Shown piece by piece: positions 46,725 to 55,880 of a stretch of DNA of 64,000 bases. Source of the stretch: Candidatus Midichloriaceae bacterium (GTDB lineage Bacteria > Pseudomonadota > Alphaproteobacteria > Rickettsiales > Midichloriaceae); contig JBGASU010000001.1 of assembly GCA_044229535.1 (NCBI GenBank), positions 1,406,969 through 1,470,968 on the forward strand. The letters are read 5' to 3'. The translations under genes were made by a program, and so were the position numbers. How positions within the stretch are numbered: the first letter of the stretch is position 1; every line of letters starts with the position of its first letter. The notes beneath the pieces are model-generated. The model had not been told where the DNA came from, ran no database searches, and saw only the letters and a list, made by a program, of their open reading frames with translations.

Positions 46725-47999
46725 TTAATTGGTTCTAGAACGATCTAAAAAGTCGGTTGCTACCTTTCTTCCATTCATCATATAGATATTTTGGCTTTCT
46801 GGGTTTTTTGCAACAGGATCGCGAGATTCCTCTTTTGGTAAGCTTACTTTTTTAACTGCTTTTTTCTTTTTTGGTTTTGCCTGCACAGCTAAAGGAGTTT
46901 CTTTTTGATGCTCCTCAACTTTTGTTTCTTCTTTTTTTTCAGTTTTAAATTCTTCTGGAACTTTTGGAGTATCTTTTAATTCTGGTTCAGGTTGTTTTTC
47001 AATTTTATCTTTTAACTCCTCCATACTTGGAGTGGCTGGAACAGTAGCTAAGGGAGCGCTAGGTGTTGTAGGCACAGATTCTGATGTTGTTTTGGCCGCG
47101 GATGTAGAAGGTAATTCTGGCGCTTTCGGCACAATCGTTTCAACCTGAGTGGTAGCTGCATTAGGAGTGGTTGGTTGTGCTACGGAAGGTATAGATGCTA
47201 CCGGTGCTGCGGGAGCAGCAGGTATAGGGGCTACTACTGGTGCTGTAGGATTTACAACAGGAGTCACTACTTCTTGGGTAGTTACTGCAGGCGTTGGGGT
47301 AGTCGTGGTTGCTTGAGCTAGATTTATTCTATCATTTGTAGCTATATAACCAAATTCAGCATTTTTTATCATTGCTTTTTTAGGTGCTATATCAGAAATA
47401 CTTTGGAATGAAACTTGATGCACTGGTTGAGCAGGAAGAACTTCATCAGCTATATCATAAAACGAATAGCCAGCATTGCTGCCTTGTGCAACATCTGAGT
47501 AGTGGGTTTCCATGGCATAAGAATTTGAAGCAGGAATTCTTTTTGCAGAGTTGTTTGATGAGGTTTGAAATGCAGATGATACTTTATCAATGAGTCTAGT
47601 GAAAAAGTCAGAGTCACCTGAAGTTCTAGAAGATGTTTGAGATTGTGGAGTGGCTTGGTTAAACTGGTTTATTACAGGTAGAGAATTTATATTAGACTGA
47701 ACTGAAGTGGCCAAAGAGCTAGGATTAACTTCAGTACCCGACTTGTTTTCAGCAAGAGATGTTGGAGTAATTGCTTGAAATCCAGATGATTTTTCTTCTT
47801 TTTTTTCGCCGAGTGCTCCAGATGCAGCAAGCATGTTGTCTCTAGGCGCTCTTCTATCGCTGAACGATTCTCTGACTTGAGGATGATCAGGTTTCATAGC
47901 ACCACATGCTGTTAAATCAAGAGTGATAGCTACTAAAGCGACGGTTGTTAGATACTTAACCAAGTTTTTTTCCATATTATGTCCAGAAAATAATTGCAT
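46725..47999 (-). CDS. Pro/Thr/Ala-rich lipoprotein
   Basis: Lipobox VAITLDLTAC; the likely start is MEKNLVKY at 47975. Low-complexity TTTPTPAVTTQEVVTPVVNPTAPVVAPIPAAPAAPV tract and a Lys/Glu-rich tail. No OmpA/Pal or TolB motifs. Confidence 0.65.
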   Translation of the reverse strand: MQLFSGHNMEKNLVKYLTTVALVAITLDLTACGAMKPDHPQVRESFSDRRAPRDNMLAASGALGEKKEEKSSGFQAITPTSLAENKSGTEVNPSSLATSVQSNINSLPVINQFNQATPQSQTSSRTSGDSDFFTRLIDKVSSAFQTSSNNSAKRIPASNSYAMETHYSDVAQGSNAGYSFYDIADEVLPAQPVHQVSFQSISDIAPKKAMIKNAEFGYIATNDRINLAQATTTTPTPAVTTQEVVTPVVNPTAPVVAPIPAAPAAPVASIPSVAQPTTPNAATTQVETIVPKAPELPSTSAAKTTSESVPTTPSAPLATVPATPSMEELKDKIEKQPEPELKDTPKVPEEFKTEKKEETKVEEHQKETPLAVQAKPKKKKAVKKVSLPKEESRDPVAKNPESQNIYMMNGRKVATDFLDRSRTN

Positions 48000-48077
48000 T
48001 CCTTTAACAATCTAACACTAGAGAATTATCTCGTGCAACAGAAATTTGGCATGGGTTATGTATGGTTAAGAGAAAAT

Positions 48078-48908
48078 TTAATAAATCATTCCACTTGAGT
48101 CAAAGCGAAACTCTATTTCTTTCCATGAAGCAAATTTTTCTTTGTCGAGGTTTTTTAATGGCGAAGAGACTTTTACAGCCCTGACCGCGCTGTCTACAAA
48201 AGCTTGATAATATGGAGAAGAATTGGGTGTTAGCTTCGGCTGAGCGGATATGACATTTGCTTCCATATCCAATACTATTATCACTATTACTTCCATTCCT
48301 AAAGAATTAGCGCCACTGAAAGATGTGGTATTCCAGTTTTTTGTGATCTGAGATTTTATCATATCAATTTCGCTAATAGACATTGGTATATTAGAATTAA
48401 ATTCTTTATTAGTTTCCCCTTTTATTGCTTCAGCAAAGTCTTTAAATTCTTTATCTATTTTTTTATTCTCTTTTTTCTTAGATTCTTCTTCTAAGCTTTT
48501 TAATATAGATTTTTCAAAGTCATCTGTTTTCTTTTTTTTCTTAGTGTCTTCTTTTTTGTTTTTTTCTAACTTTTTTTCTTGGTTGGTGATTTCTTTTTTT
48601 TGTGTTTCTTTTTTGACAGGTATTTTTTCTGCATCGTCATCCGCTTTTGCTACTTTTTCTTTAGAGTGATCTTGAGCTTCTTGTTTCAAATCTTGAGATT
48701 TAGGAGCTTTTTTGGTTTGAGTGCTTTCATCATTTTTTTTATCAGTAGTTTTGACATTAACATTAGTTAACTCTGAGACATTAACCACATCAACGACCAT
48801 TGCATAGTCGGTATTTATATCTTTATGAAAAAGGGCAGGGAGTTCGTATAAAATGAAGAAGCCCAGTATTAGGTGGAAAATAATTGATAATGTAAAACCC
48901 CGTTGCAT
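48078..48908 (-). CDS. tolA: TolA-like protein (N-terminal TM, Lys/Glu-rich linker, TonB/TolA C-terminal domain)
   Basis: 276 aa. TM FTLSIIFHLILGFFILY, K/E-rich helix, C-terminal domain. Located directly after tolQ-tolR. Confidence 0.75.
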   Translation of the reverse strand: MQRGFTLSIIFHLILGFFILYELPALFHKDINTDYAMVVDVVNVSELTNVNVKTTDKKNDESTQTKKAPKSQDLKQEAQDHSKEKVAKADDDAEKIPVKKETQKKEITNQEKKLEKNKKEDTKKKKKTDDFEKSILKSLEEESKKKENKKIDKEFKDFAEAIKGETNKEFNSNIPMSISEIDMIKSQITKNWNTTSFSGANSLGMEVIVIIVLDMEANVISAQPKLTPNSSPYYQAFVDSAVRAVKVSSPLKNLDKEKFASWKEIEFRFDSSGMIY

Positions 48909-48910
48909 CC

Positions 48911-49342
48911 CTAGTTCTGTTCAAGACCTTCTGTAACTAAAGCCACGTTTTTAAAGCCAGCGGTTTTAATGGCTCCAAAGACTTCCATGACCTTACCGTA
49001 ATCGATTTTTCTATCTCCTCTTACAAAAATTCTAGTCTCTTTTTTTTCTTTCAAAACAGCGTTGAGTTTTGAGGATAATTCTTGAATACGAACTTTCGAT
49101 TCCTGAATGTAAATATTGCCAGATTTATCAATAGAGATCGCTATAGGCTCGTCCTGTCCAGCCAGTGCAGAAGCTTTTGTCTTTGGGAGGTCTACTTGAA
49201 CGCCAGCTACTAACATAGGAGAACACACCATGAATATGATCAGCAGTACTAGCATTACGTCAACAAGAGGAGTGACATTTATCTCGCTGGTAAGCTGCTT
49301 GCGTTTTTTAGTTCGTTTAATTTCTGTTAATGCAAATGCCAT
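48911..49342 (-). CDS. tolR: Tol-Pal system protein TolR (ExbD/TolR family)
   Basis: 143 aa. EINVTPLVDVMLVLLIIFMV with the conserved Asp in the TM segment. Confidence 0.9.
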   Translation of the reverse strand: MAFALTEIKRTKKRKQLTSEINVTPLVDVMLVLLIIFMVCSPMLVAGVQVDLPKTKASALAGQDEPIAISIDKSGNIYIQESKVRIQELSSKLNAVLKEKKETRIFVRGDRKIDYGKVMEVFGAIKTAGFKNVALVTEGLEQN

Positions 49343-50125
49343 TTATTTAATGTTATCAAGTTCACGTGAAATGATTGCTCCTAATTCATTTGAGAAATCA
49401 TCTAGGTTATTAGCCACTCTATTCACTTCACCAGCAAATTTATTATAAAAAATTACTGCTGGTATAGCCGCCGCAAGACCAAATGCTGTTGCAAGTAATG
49501 CTTCCGCAATACCGGGTGCTACAACAGCGAGTGTTGTATTTTTCGAAATAGCTATTGATTGGAAGCTTACCATAATCCCCCAAACTGTACCGAACAATCC
49601 TATGAAAGGTGCGCTTGAACCAACTGTTGCTAAAAATGTTAAGTTTTTTTCTAGCTTGTCCATAGATTTAGAGCTTGCAACCTGCATAGCTTGGTGAATC
49701 CTTTCTTTTGTGCTTGCTCTTAGGTTATGGTTTGCTGATATATCTCTAATGTTTCTGGCTTGCCACTCTTGCATAGCAGACGTAAAAACCAAAGCAATTG
49801 GGTGATTCTCGCGGCCTTTTATTCTTTCAAAAAGATTTTCCAGAGATTGGCCAGACCAAAATGACTTTTCAAAGTTATTAGTTTTACCTTTGATTGATTT
49901 AAAAAGAATCCATTTATCAAATATAATTGCCCAGCTCCAAATAGAAGCGAATATAAGCATGATCATAACCCCTTTGACCACCGCATCAGCCTGCATGAAA
50001 AGTCCCCAGAAAGAGAGATCCATGGTCACTGCAGTAGAGCCGCTATCAAGCGCTAATGAATTTATACTATCGACTGGAGCACCTTTTACTGCTGTTTGGA
50101 ATGCAATATTTAAAACTTGAAACAT
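49343..50125 (-). CDS. tolQ: Tol-Pal system protein TolQ (MotA/TolQ/ExbB family)
   Basis: TVGSSAPFIGLFGTVWGIM and VAPGIAEALLATAFGLAAAIPAV. The real start is probably MDLSFWGLF at 50023, giving ~226 aa. Confidence 0.9.
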   Translation of the reverse strand: MFQVLNIAFQTAVKGAPVDSINSLALDSGSTAVTMDLSFWGLFMQADAVVKGVMIMLIFASIWSWAIIFDKWILFKSIKGKTNNFEKSFWSGQSLENLFERIKGRENHPIALVFTSAMQEWQARNIRDISANHNLRASTKERIHQAMQVASSKSMDKLEKNLTFLATVGSSAPFIGLFGTVWGIMVSFQSIAISKNTTLAVVAPGIAEALLATAFGLAAAIPAVIFYNKFAGEVNRVANNLDDFSNELGAIISRELDNIK

Positions 50126-50180
50126 TTTTTATCTTTAGGATTAACTATATAATGCATTTTAAACATAATTTTTAGTAGAT

Positions 50181-50849
50181 TCAAGATTTGCTTTTAAAAT
50201 TGATGCTATGCGAAGGCTTTTGATACAAAGCTTGAAGTAAAATCATACCGCAATTATAGCTTGAAGTACTATTCTGATTTATAAGCACCATAGCTATATT
50301 AATGCATCCTGCTAAATCTATATTTATACAATGAATTCCTAACTTCCAGAATTTATATTCTGGGAATGGCTGTATGCATCTTAGAGCATATCCTAGGTCT
50401 TGAGATGAGATTTTTTTATATAAATCTTGAAGCATATCTTGATGTAAAGTTCTTTGACACAAAGCTTGTAAAAGCTTCATACCGCAGTTGCGGCTTGAAT
50501 CGTTGGTGTTGTTCAAAAGTAATGAGGTCATATTAATGCAATTCATTAAATTTGTATCTAAATAATGAATCCCTAATTGGTAGATGGTGTGTTTTGGAAA
50601 TGGTTTTATGCATCCTAATGCATATTCAAGAATTTCTCTTTGTTTATAGATAAGGCTAAAAGTATTTAATTTGCTCATTGAGCGAACGTCGAATCTATAT
50701 TCTACTTCAGCTATACACTCTATTATCTGAAATAGTAATCTAGTCGAAGATTCCATTTTTAAGATGTGAGGAATTTTACGTTTGTTGAATCCTTTATGGC
50801 AAATTCTCTCCCATATTCGCTCAGGAATTTCTTTGGGCTTCTCTATCAT
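50181..50849 (-). CDS. Hypothetical protein with an internal ~78-aa tandem duplication
   Basis: 222 aa. EYALGCIKPFPKHTIYQLGIHYLDTNLMNCINMTSLLLNNTNDSSRNCGMKLLQALCQ versus GYALRCIQPFPEYKFWKLGIHCINIDLAGCINIAMVLINQNSTSSYNCGMILLQALYQ. Confidence 0.55.
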   Translation of the reverse strand: MIEKPKEIPERIWERICHKGFNKRKIPHILKMESSTRLLFQIIECIAEVEYRFDVRSMSKLNTFSLIYKQREILEYALGCIKPFPKHTIYQLGIHYLDTNLMNCINMTSLLLNNTNDSSRNCGMKLLQALCQRTLHQDMLQDLYKKISSQDLGYALRCIQPFPEYKFWKLGIHCINIDLAGCINIAMVLINQNSTSSYNCGMILLQALYQKPSHSINFKSKS

Positions 50850-51051
50850 TTTTTTGGTACAAGTTATTGAAATATATCCCTTTTAGTACGCTATATCAAT
50901 GTGGAAAAAAAGGAAGTATATTTTGAAGGGTGTTACGAGAAATATAGCATGGGCAATCGACTATAATAATTATGCTTTGATATTATATCCCTTGATTGAC
51001 TTAGTTTAGATACTGCATATATTATTGGTAGAGGCTTAAATTCGAGATTTT

Positions 51052-51408
51052 ATGAGTAAATTTTCTACATGGCTTTTTTCTACTCTTTGCGGTTCTTATG
51101 TTGGTAAGGATGAGTTTGGTAATTGCTATTATGAAAGTAGGAAAGCAAATAGAGGCTTTGGGCGAAAGCATCGCTGGGTGCTTTATAAGGGGATGCCTGA
51201 AGCTACAAAAGTGCCGCCACAGTGGTTCAGTTGGTTGCATTATCAAGCAGACGTGCCGCCTAGTTCCAATAGCAAGAAGTATAATTGGGAAAAATCTCAT
51301 AGGCCGAATTTAACTGGTACAACTGAAGCATATTTTCCTAAAGGCCATATACTTGCTGGTGGCAAAAGAGATAAAGCAACAGGTGACTATGAGCCTTGGA
51401 GACCTTAA
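51052..51408 (+). CDS. NADH:ubiquinone oxidoreductase subunit NDUFA12-like protein
   Basis: 118 aa. GSYVGKDEFGNCYYE...RWVLY...VPPQWFSWLH is typical of the NDUFA12 family. Confidence 0.88.
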   Translation: MSKFSTWLFSTLCGSYVGKDEFGNCYYESRKANRGFGRKHRWVLYKGMPEATKVPPQWFSWLHYQADVPPSSNSKKYNWEKSHRPNLTGTTEAYFPKGHILAGGKRDKATGDYEPWRP

Positions 51409-51426
51409 CAATTTTATATTTAAATT

Positions 51427-51906
51427 ATGTCTAAAAATTTAGTTGAAAGCTTAGTTGGATTACTAGTAATTATCATCGCAATTGCATTTTTATATTCCGC
51501 ATATAAAACCACTGATGTTGGTGTGAGCGCTACTAGTGGCTACAATATATCTGCAAAATTTGACAGGGCAGATGGTTTGAATTTGGGTAGTGAAGTTAAA
51601 GTTGGGGGTATTAAAGTTGGCAAAGTTATCGGCCAAGAATTGGATGGATCTAACTACCAAGCTATTATCCGTATGGTGATTAAAGATGATATAAAGCTGC
51701 CAGCTGATAGTACAGCTGAAATTATAGGAAATGGCTTGTTGGGAGAAAAATACGTAGCCATTATCCCAGGTGCGGATGAAGAAAAAATTTCTGATGGTGG
51801 TTCGATTGAATTTACTCAATCTGCAGTTAGCTTAGAAAGTTTGATTGGCAAATTTATATTCAGTTCGGCTGAGAAAGCTGGGAAAGATTCTAAGGATAAA
51901 AAATAA
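51427..51906 (+). CDS. mlaD: Outer-membrane lipid asymmetry maintenance protein MlaD (MCE domain)
   Basis: 159 aa. N-terminal TM and MCE domain (GLNLGSEVKVGGIKVGKV, LLGEKYVAIIPG). Confidence 0.85.
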   Translation: MSKNLVESLVGLLVIIIAIAFLYSAYKTTDVGVSATSGYNISAKFDRADGLNLGSEVKVGGIKVGKVIGQELDGSNYQAIIRMVIKDDIKLPADSTAEIIGNGLLGEKYVAIIPGADEEKISDGGSIEFTQSAVSLESLIGKFIFSSAEKAGKDSKDKK

Positions 51907-51908
51907 GT

Positions 51909-52490
51909 ATGTTTCGAATATTTTTATTGTCTCTAATGTTTTGCGCAAGTACATCGGTAGCAGCTGAGCAAGAAGAGTTCGTGCAAGAAGTTGCTCCTCA
52001 AACTGAAGAAGTTGATAGCGAACTGCAAAACATGAGTGTTCAGCAGGAATATCAAGAAAAGCAAAAAAGCGTTTTAGATATTCTATTCGGTAAAGCAGAT
52101 GAAGAGGTGGATGATAAAATTCCTAGTGCAGATTCTTTATCTCCAGGAGAAGTTGAAGTAAATGAAGCAAATAAAGATGGTGATTTTCTTAATACCGCGC
52201 AGATTAAATTAATAGATAAAACATTAGGCAAATTATATCGTTTTGATATTCCTGTAGGTAAGAGTAAGCAGTTTAATGAAATAGTAGTTAGAGTGTTATC
52301 ATGTTGGAGTCCTAGCTACAAAACTTTATTGCCAGAGAGTAGGGCGTTGCTTGAAATACATGAAGTAAATAATGAGAAATCAAAAAGAGTGTTTCATGGT
52401 TGGATGTTTGCTAATGCTCCTAGTACTAATATTCTAGAGCATCCTAATTTCGATGTCACAGTTGCAGACTGCAAGAGTGTAAAAAATTAA
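51909..52490 (+). CDS. DUF2155-domain protein (secreted)
   Basis: 193 aa with a signal peptide. C-terminal AQIKLIDKTLGKLYRFDIPVGK...VRVLSCW...WMFANAPS. Conserved alphaproteobacterial synteny after NDUFA12-like and mlaD. Confidence 0.7.
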   Translation: MFRIFLLSLMFCASTSVAAEQEEFVQEVAPQTEEVDSELQNMSVQQEYQEKQKSVLDILFGKADEEVDDKIPSADSLSPGEVEVNEANKDGDFLNTAQIKLIDKTLGKLYRFDIPVGKSKQFNEIVVRVLSCWSPSYKTLLPESRALLEIHEVNNEKSKRVFHGWMFANAPSTNILEHPNFDVTVADCKSVKN

Positions 52491-52795
52491 GAGTTGGCGA
52501 TCCATTCTAGATAAGTATTATTCAAGCTTTCAATAGAAATTTCTACAATGCAGGGCACTTCGTAAGGGTGAAGTTTGGATATCATTTCCATGGTTTTTTC
52601 TATTAATTTTTTCTTTGTCTTGATAAACATTATCAATTCTTGAGAATTTTCAACCTTGCCTTTCCATTTGTAAATGGATGTAGTGTTGTGAATAATATTA
52701 ACGCAAATCGCCAAGTTATCGGTTATTAATTTATTGGCTATCTTATCCGCATTATTCTTTGAATCGATAGTGACATATAGAAATGAAAAAGACAT
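52487..52795 (-). CDS. cutA: Divalent-cation tolerance protein CutA
   Basis: 102 aa. LAICVNI, SIYKWKGKVENSQE and HPYEVPCIVEI. Confidence 0.88.
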   Translation of the reverse strand: MSFSFLYVTIDSKNNADKIANKLITDNLAICVNIIHNTTSIYKWKGKVENSQELIMFIKTKKKLIEKTMEMISKLHPYEVPCIVEISIESLNNTYLEWIANS

Positions 52796-54567
52796 TAGTT
52801 CATTACTTCAGTTGATATAGCAGAATCAGCATTATTAGCGCTATCCAATTCTTTAGCCAACTCTTTGCCATCGATTAATTTTTTCTTAACTATATTAGGT
52901 GGTAGTTTTGTTTTTTTAGCATCTGTTTCTATAGTCATTTGCGGTGAGCTAGCTTTTTTAAGCTCTGGTAGTTTTTCAGATATGACTTCAGGGTTAGTTG
53001 TTGTTTTTATTCCTGTGTCAGTGTCCAAAGAAGTGCCAAAAACTCTTCCTGATATAGAAGATATCGATTTACTCATTGAAGAGAAAAAGCCATCATCATT
53101 CTTTGGTTCTTCTTCAACTACAGTTATAAATGTTGCTTGCTTATTTGACGGTTCTGGTTTTACGAGTTCAGTTTTTGACTCTTCTTTTGCTAACGTAGGG
53201 TTGTTTTTGTGTTCAGCAACAGGCTGTAATTTTTGTATTGGAGCTTTGGTTGGCTGAGTTATTCTTCTTGCTATTCCAGATTCAAGCTCTTTTCTTATAG
53301 TTATAGTATCTATTATAGTTGCTAATTCTATATTGCCGTTTTTCTGGGCTATACCTAAGGCGTGTTCGCCAGTATTGTTCATAGGTAAAGGTGAAGCACC
53401 TTTGCCTAACAGAAGATTCGCCATCCTGCTATCATTGTTTCTAACTGCAATCATAAGTGGTGTATCGCCATTCTTATCTCTGATATTTATATCCGCACCT
53501 TCTTCAATAAGTTTTGCCACTGGTTGAGTGGAGCCTTTTTGAACAAAAGAGAAGATAGCATTATTTTTATCTGGTTCAGCCTCCGCTACAATAGTTTCAA
53601 ATTGTCCTCTTAATGCTGAGGATGCGTAATCTACAGGATATTTGCCGATATAATCAGTTGTGAAAGCTTTTGCACCGCTTTTAATTAGAGATGTGAAAAT
53701 TTCAACGTTATTATTGGTTGCAGCAATATGAAGTGCGGTTTTCCCATCTTTTGCTTGAGTGTTAACATTCACGCCTTTTGTTATTAGATATCTTACAGTC
53801 CTTAAGTGGTTAGTTTGAATAGCGTACATGAGGGCGCTATAGCCATTTTCGGTTAGTACAGAATTTAAATCGGCACCATTTTTTATTAGAGTGCTAATAG
53901 CTCCTACATCATCTTTTTGTATCGCTGCAAAAAGTAATTCTGAATATTGTTTTTGATATACAACTGTAGGTAGATGCTTGTTATTTTCATCGAACTCCGC
54001 TCGTTGAAAAAATTTGGGCTGGATAGCTTTGTTTTCGAATTTTTTTCTAGTTAATGTGTTGTCTGGTTTGAAGCTTCCTTCGAGATTTTGATTTTCTTGA
54101 AATATGCTAGATAAAGAAGAGCTGATATGCTTATCGCTTGGGGCTCTTTTTGTTTGTTCCCAAGACGCTTTCGTTTGAGCCTTGTTTTTTATCTCAACTG
54201 GCTTTGCTTTTGATTTTTTTGCTTTTGGTTTTTCAGCAATAATTGGCTCTTCTTTTTGTTCTTCAGCGATAACTTGAGGTTTTTGTGGCGCTTCAGGTGG
54301 CGTAGGGACGTTTACGGCAGGGACGTTCTTTGGTGCGTCTACTTTTAGTTGTGTATCTATTTTATTTTTAATTTCAGCTTCTTTTTTTATTTCATTTGGA
54401 TTCGGGATTGGTAACTTAGGGCTCGATTCGGCATTAGAGTTTGTTGTGTTGGAGTCGAAAGAGCCAATATCTCCCCATTCGTCGAAGTTATTTTGTGCAT
54501 ATGCAATGAGCGAAAAGCCAACTAGGTAACTTGAAATAAGGAAAGTCTGAAATAAGTGTTTATTCAT
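52795..54567 (-). CDS. Signal-peptide-bearing ankyrin-repeat protein
   Basis: 590 aa. Signal peptide MNKHLFQTFLISSYLVGFSLIAYA. ANK repeats include NGYSALMYAIQTNHLRTVRYLITKGVNVN, DGKTALHIAATNNNVEIFTSLIKSGA and NGDTPLMIAVRNNDSRMANLLLGKGA. Pro/Lys-rich linker regions. Confidence 0.85.
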   Translation of the reverse strand: MNKHLFQTFLISSYLVGFSLIAYAQNNFDEWGDIGSFDSNTTNSNAESSPKLPIPNPNEIKKEAEIKNKIDTQLKVDAPKNVPAVNVPTPPEAPQKPQVIAEEQKEEPIIAEKPKAKKSKAKPVEIKNKAQTKASWEQTKRAPSDKHISSSLSSIFQENQNLEGSFKPDNTLTRKKFENKAIQPKFFQRAEFDENNKHLPTVVYQKQYSELLFAAIQKDDVGAISTLIKNGADLNSVLTENGYSALMYAIQTNHLRTVRYLITKGVNVNTQAKDGKTALHIAATNNNVEIFTSLIKSGAKAFTTDYIGKYPVDYASSALRGQFETIVAEAEPDKNNAIFSFVQKGSTQPVAKLIEEGADINIRDKNGDTPLMIAVRNNDSRMANLLLGKGASPLPMNNTGEHALGIAQKNGNIELATIIDTITIRKELESGIARRITQPTKAPIQKLQPVAEHKNNPTLAKEESKTELVKPEPSNKQATFITVVEEEPKNDDGFFSSMSKSISSISGRVFGTSLDTDTGIKTTTNPEVISEKLPELKKASSPQMTIETDAKKTKLPPNIVKKKLIDGKELAKELDSANNADSAISTEVMN

Positions 54568-55141
54568 CTTTTGGTACTAATTTTTTAATTTCTTTTTCCA
54601 CAACTGTAGTAACTAATGCAGGTAGATGCTTATTTAGCCACTCACTTATTTGTGGTTTAATAAGCTCTATGACTATATCTTCTACAGTTCCGCCAGAGCG
54701 TAGTTTTAAGGTTTCAATCTCGTTTTTTTCTGTCATCTTCATAAAGTTTTTAAGAGTTTGTCTCGAAGTTGCGGCTACAGCTTCGTCTAATAAAGTTTCT
54801 ATATTTCCAGTATTTGCGGGTTTTTGAGGAGCTTGTGCTAAACCTTGAAAAGCAGGAGTGGGCAAAGGTTGCGATACTTGATTTGCAATGGCATTATCTA
54901 TAGTCGCTAGAATATCATTTGACGGCTGTGGAGTTAAAGGTGTTTCTAACTTTGGAGACTGCGGTTCGGGGGTAGGCTTAGATTCGTTTGCAGCTTTCAC
55001 CTCTTGAATAACCTCTGTTAGCTCTAATACTTCGTCATTAGCTGTGGGAGTGGTATTTGTTATCACTTCTTTTATATCATTTAGTATTTGATCAATTCCT
55101 TGTTCTTGCTTTTCTGCAAGCTGTGCACTTTCTTTCGTCAT
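54560..55141 (-). CDS. DUF2497 (PopZ-like) protein
   Basis: 193 aa. Acidic/Pro-rich middle and C-terminal VEDIVIELIKPQISEWLNKHLPALVTTVVEKEIKKLV, matching the DUF2497/PopZ C-terminal motif. Confidence 0.7.
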   Translation of the reverse strand: MTKESAQLAEKQEQGIDQILNDIKEVITNTTPTANDEVLELTEVIQEVKAANESKPTPEPQSPKLETPLTPQPSNDILATIDNAIANQVSQPLPTPAFQGLAQAPQKPANTGNIETLLDEAVAATSRQTLKNFMKMTEKNEIETLKLRSGGTVEDIVIELIKPQISEWLNKHLPALVTTVVEKEIKKLVPKDE

Positions 55142-55266
55142 CTATTTATCCTAATCTCACTGTCTAATTAATTTTTATCAGCATCAATTATATTAGTCTA
55201 GACTTAATTAGTTGTTTGAGTTTTCTAAAAAAAATGTTAGTAGATAGGTTTAAAAATATTTTAGAA

Positions 55267-55872
55267 ATGAAGCCAATATTTATTTCATTTGAAGGATGTG
55301 AAGGTTCTGGGAAATCTACCCAATCAAAGCTACTGGCCAGTTATTTAGAAAAATTAGGTAAAAGTACGGTGCTTACACGTGAGCCAGGTGGAACGGATCT
55401 TGCAGAAGAAATACGGAAAGTACTATTGGGTGGCAAGAAAATCGAAGACACATTGACAGAATTTGTTTTAATTAGTGCAGCCAGAAGAGACCATGTCGAG
55501 CACAAAATCAAACCTGAATTAGGTAATGGGCAATTTGTAGTCTGTGATAGATTTTTTGATTCTTCACTCGCTTATCAAGGGTATGCTAGAGGTTTGGATT
55601 TAAAGATCATGCATGAAATTAAAAATTTGACTATTGGAGAATTCGCACCTGATAAAACTTTTTTGATTGATATAGATCCTGAAGTTGCTATTGAAAGAAT
55701 CAAAAGTGCTCGTATGGGAAATAATCACTACGATGCAATGGGAATTGAATTTCATAAGAAAGTTAGAAATGGCTTTTTGGAAATTGCGAAACAGAATCCA
55801 AATAGGATTGTTGTAATAAATGGAAACAGATCTCAAAAAGAGGTGTTTGAGGAAATTAAATCTAATTTATGA
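55267..55872 (+). CDS. tmk: Thymidylate kinase
   Basis: P-loop FISFEGCEGSGKSTQ, REPGGT and DRFFDSSLAYQG. ATG 55267 is preferred over the track's TTG 55216. Confidence 0.92.
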   Translation: MKPIFISFEGCEGSGKSTQSKLLASYLEKLGKSTVLTREPGGTDLAEEIRKVLLGGKKIEDTLTEFVLISAARRDHVEHKIKPELGNGQFVVCDRFFDSSLAYQGYARGLDLKIMHEIKNLTIGEFAPDKTFLIDIDPEVAIERIKSARMGNNHYDAMGIEFHKKVRNGFLEIAKQNPNRIVVINGNRSQKEVFEEIKSNL

Positions 55873-55880
55873 GGTGAGGA

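Noticed and set aside
49343-50125. A 34-aa N-terminal extension on TolQ
   Set aside because: TolQ homologs start near the MDLSFWGLF-type sequence. The upstream ATG is probably not used, so this is not a novel domain.
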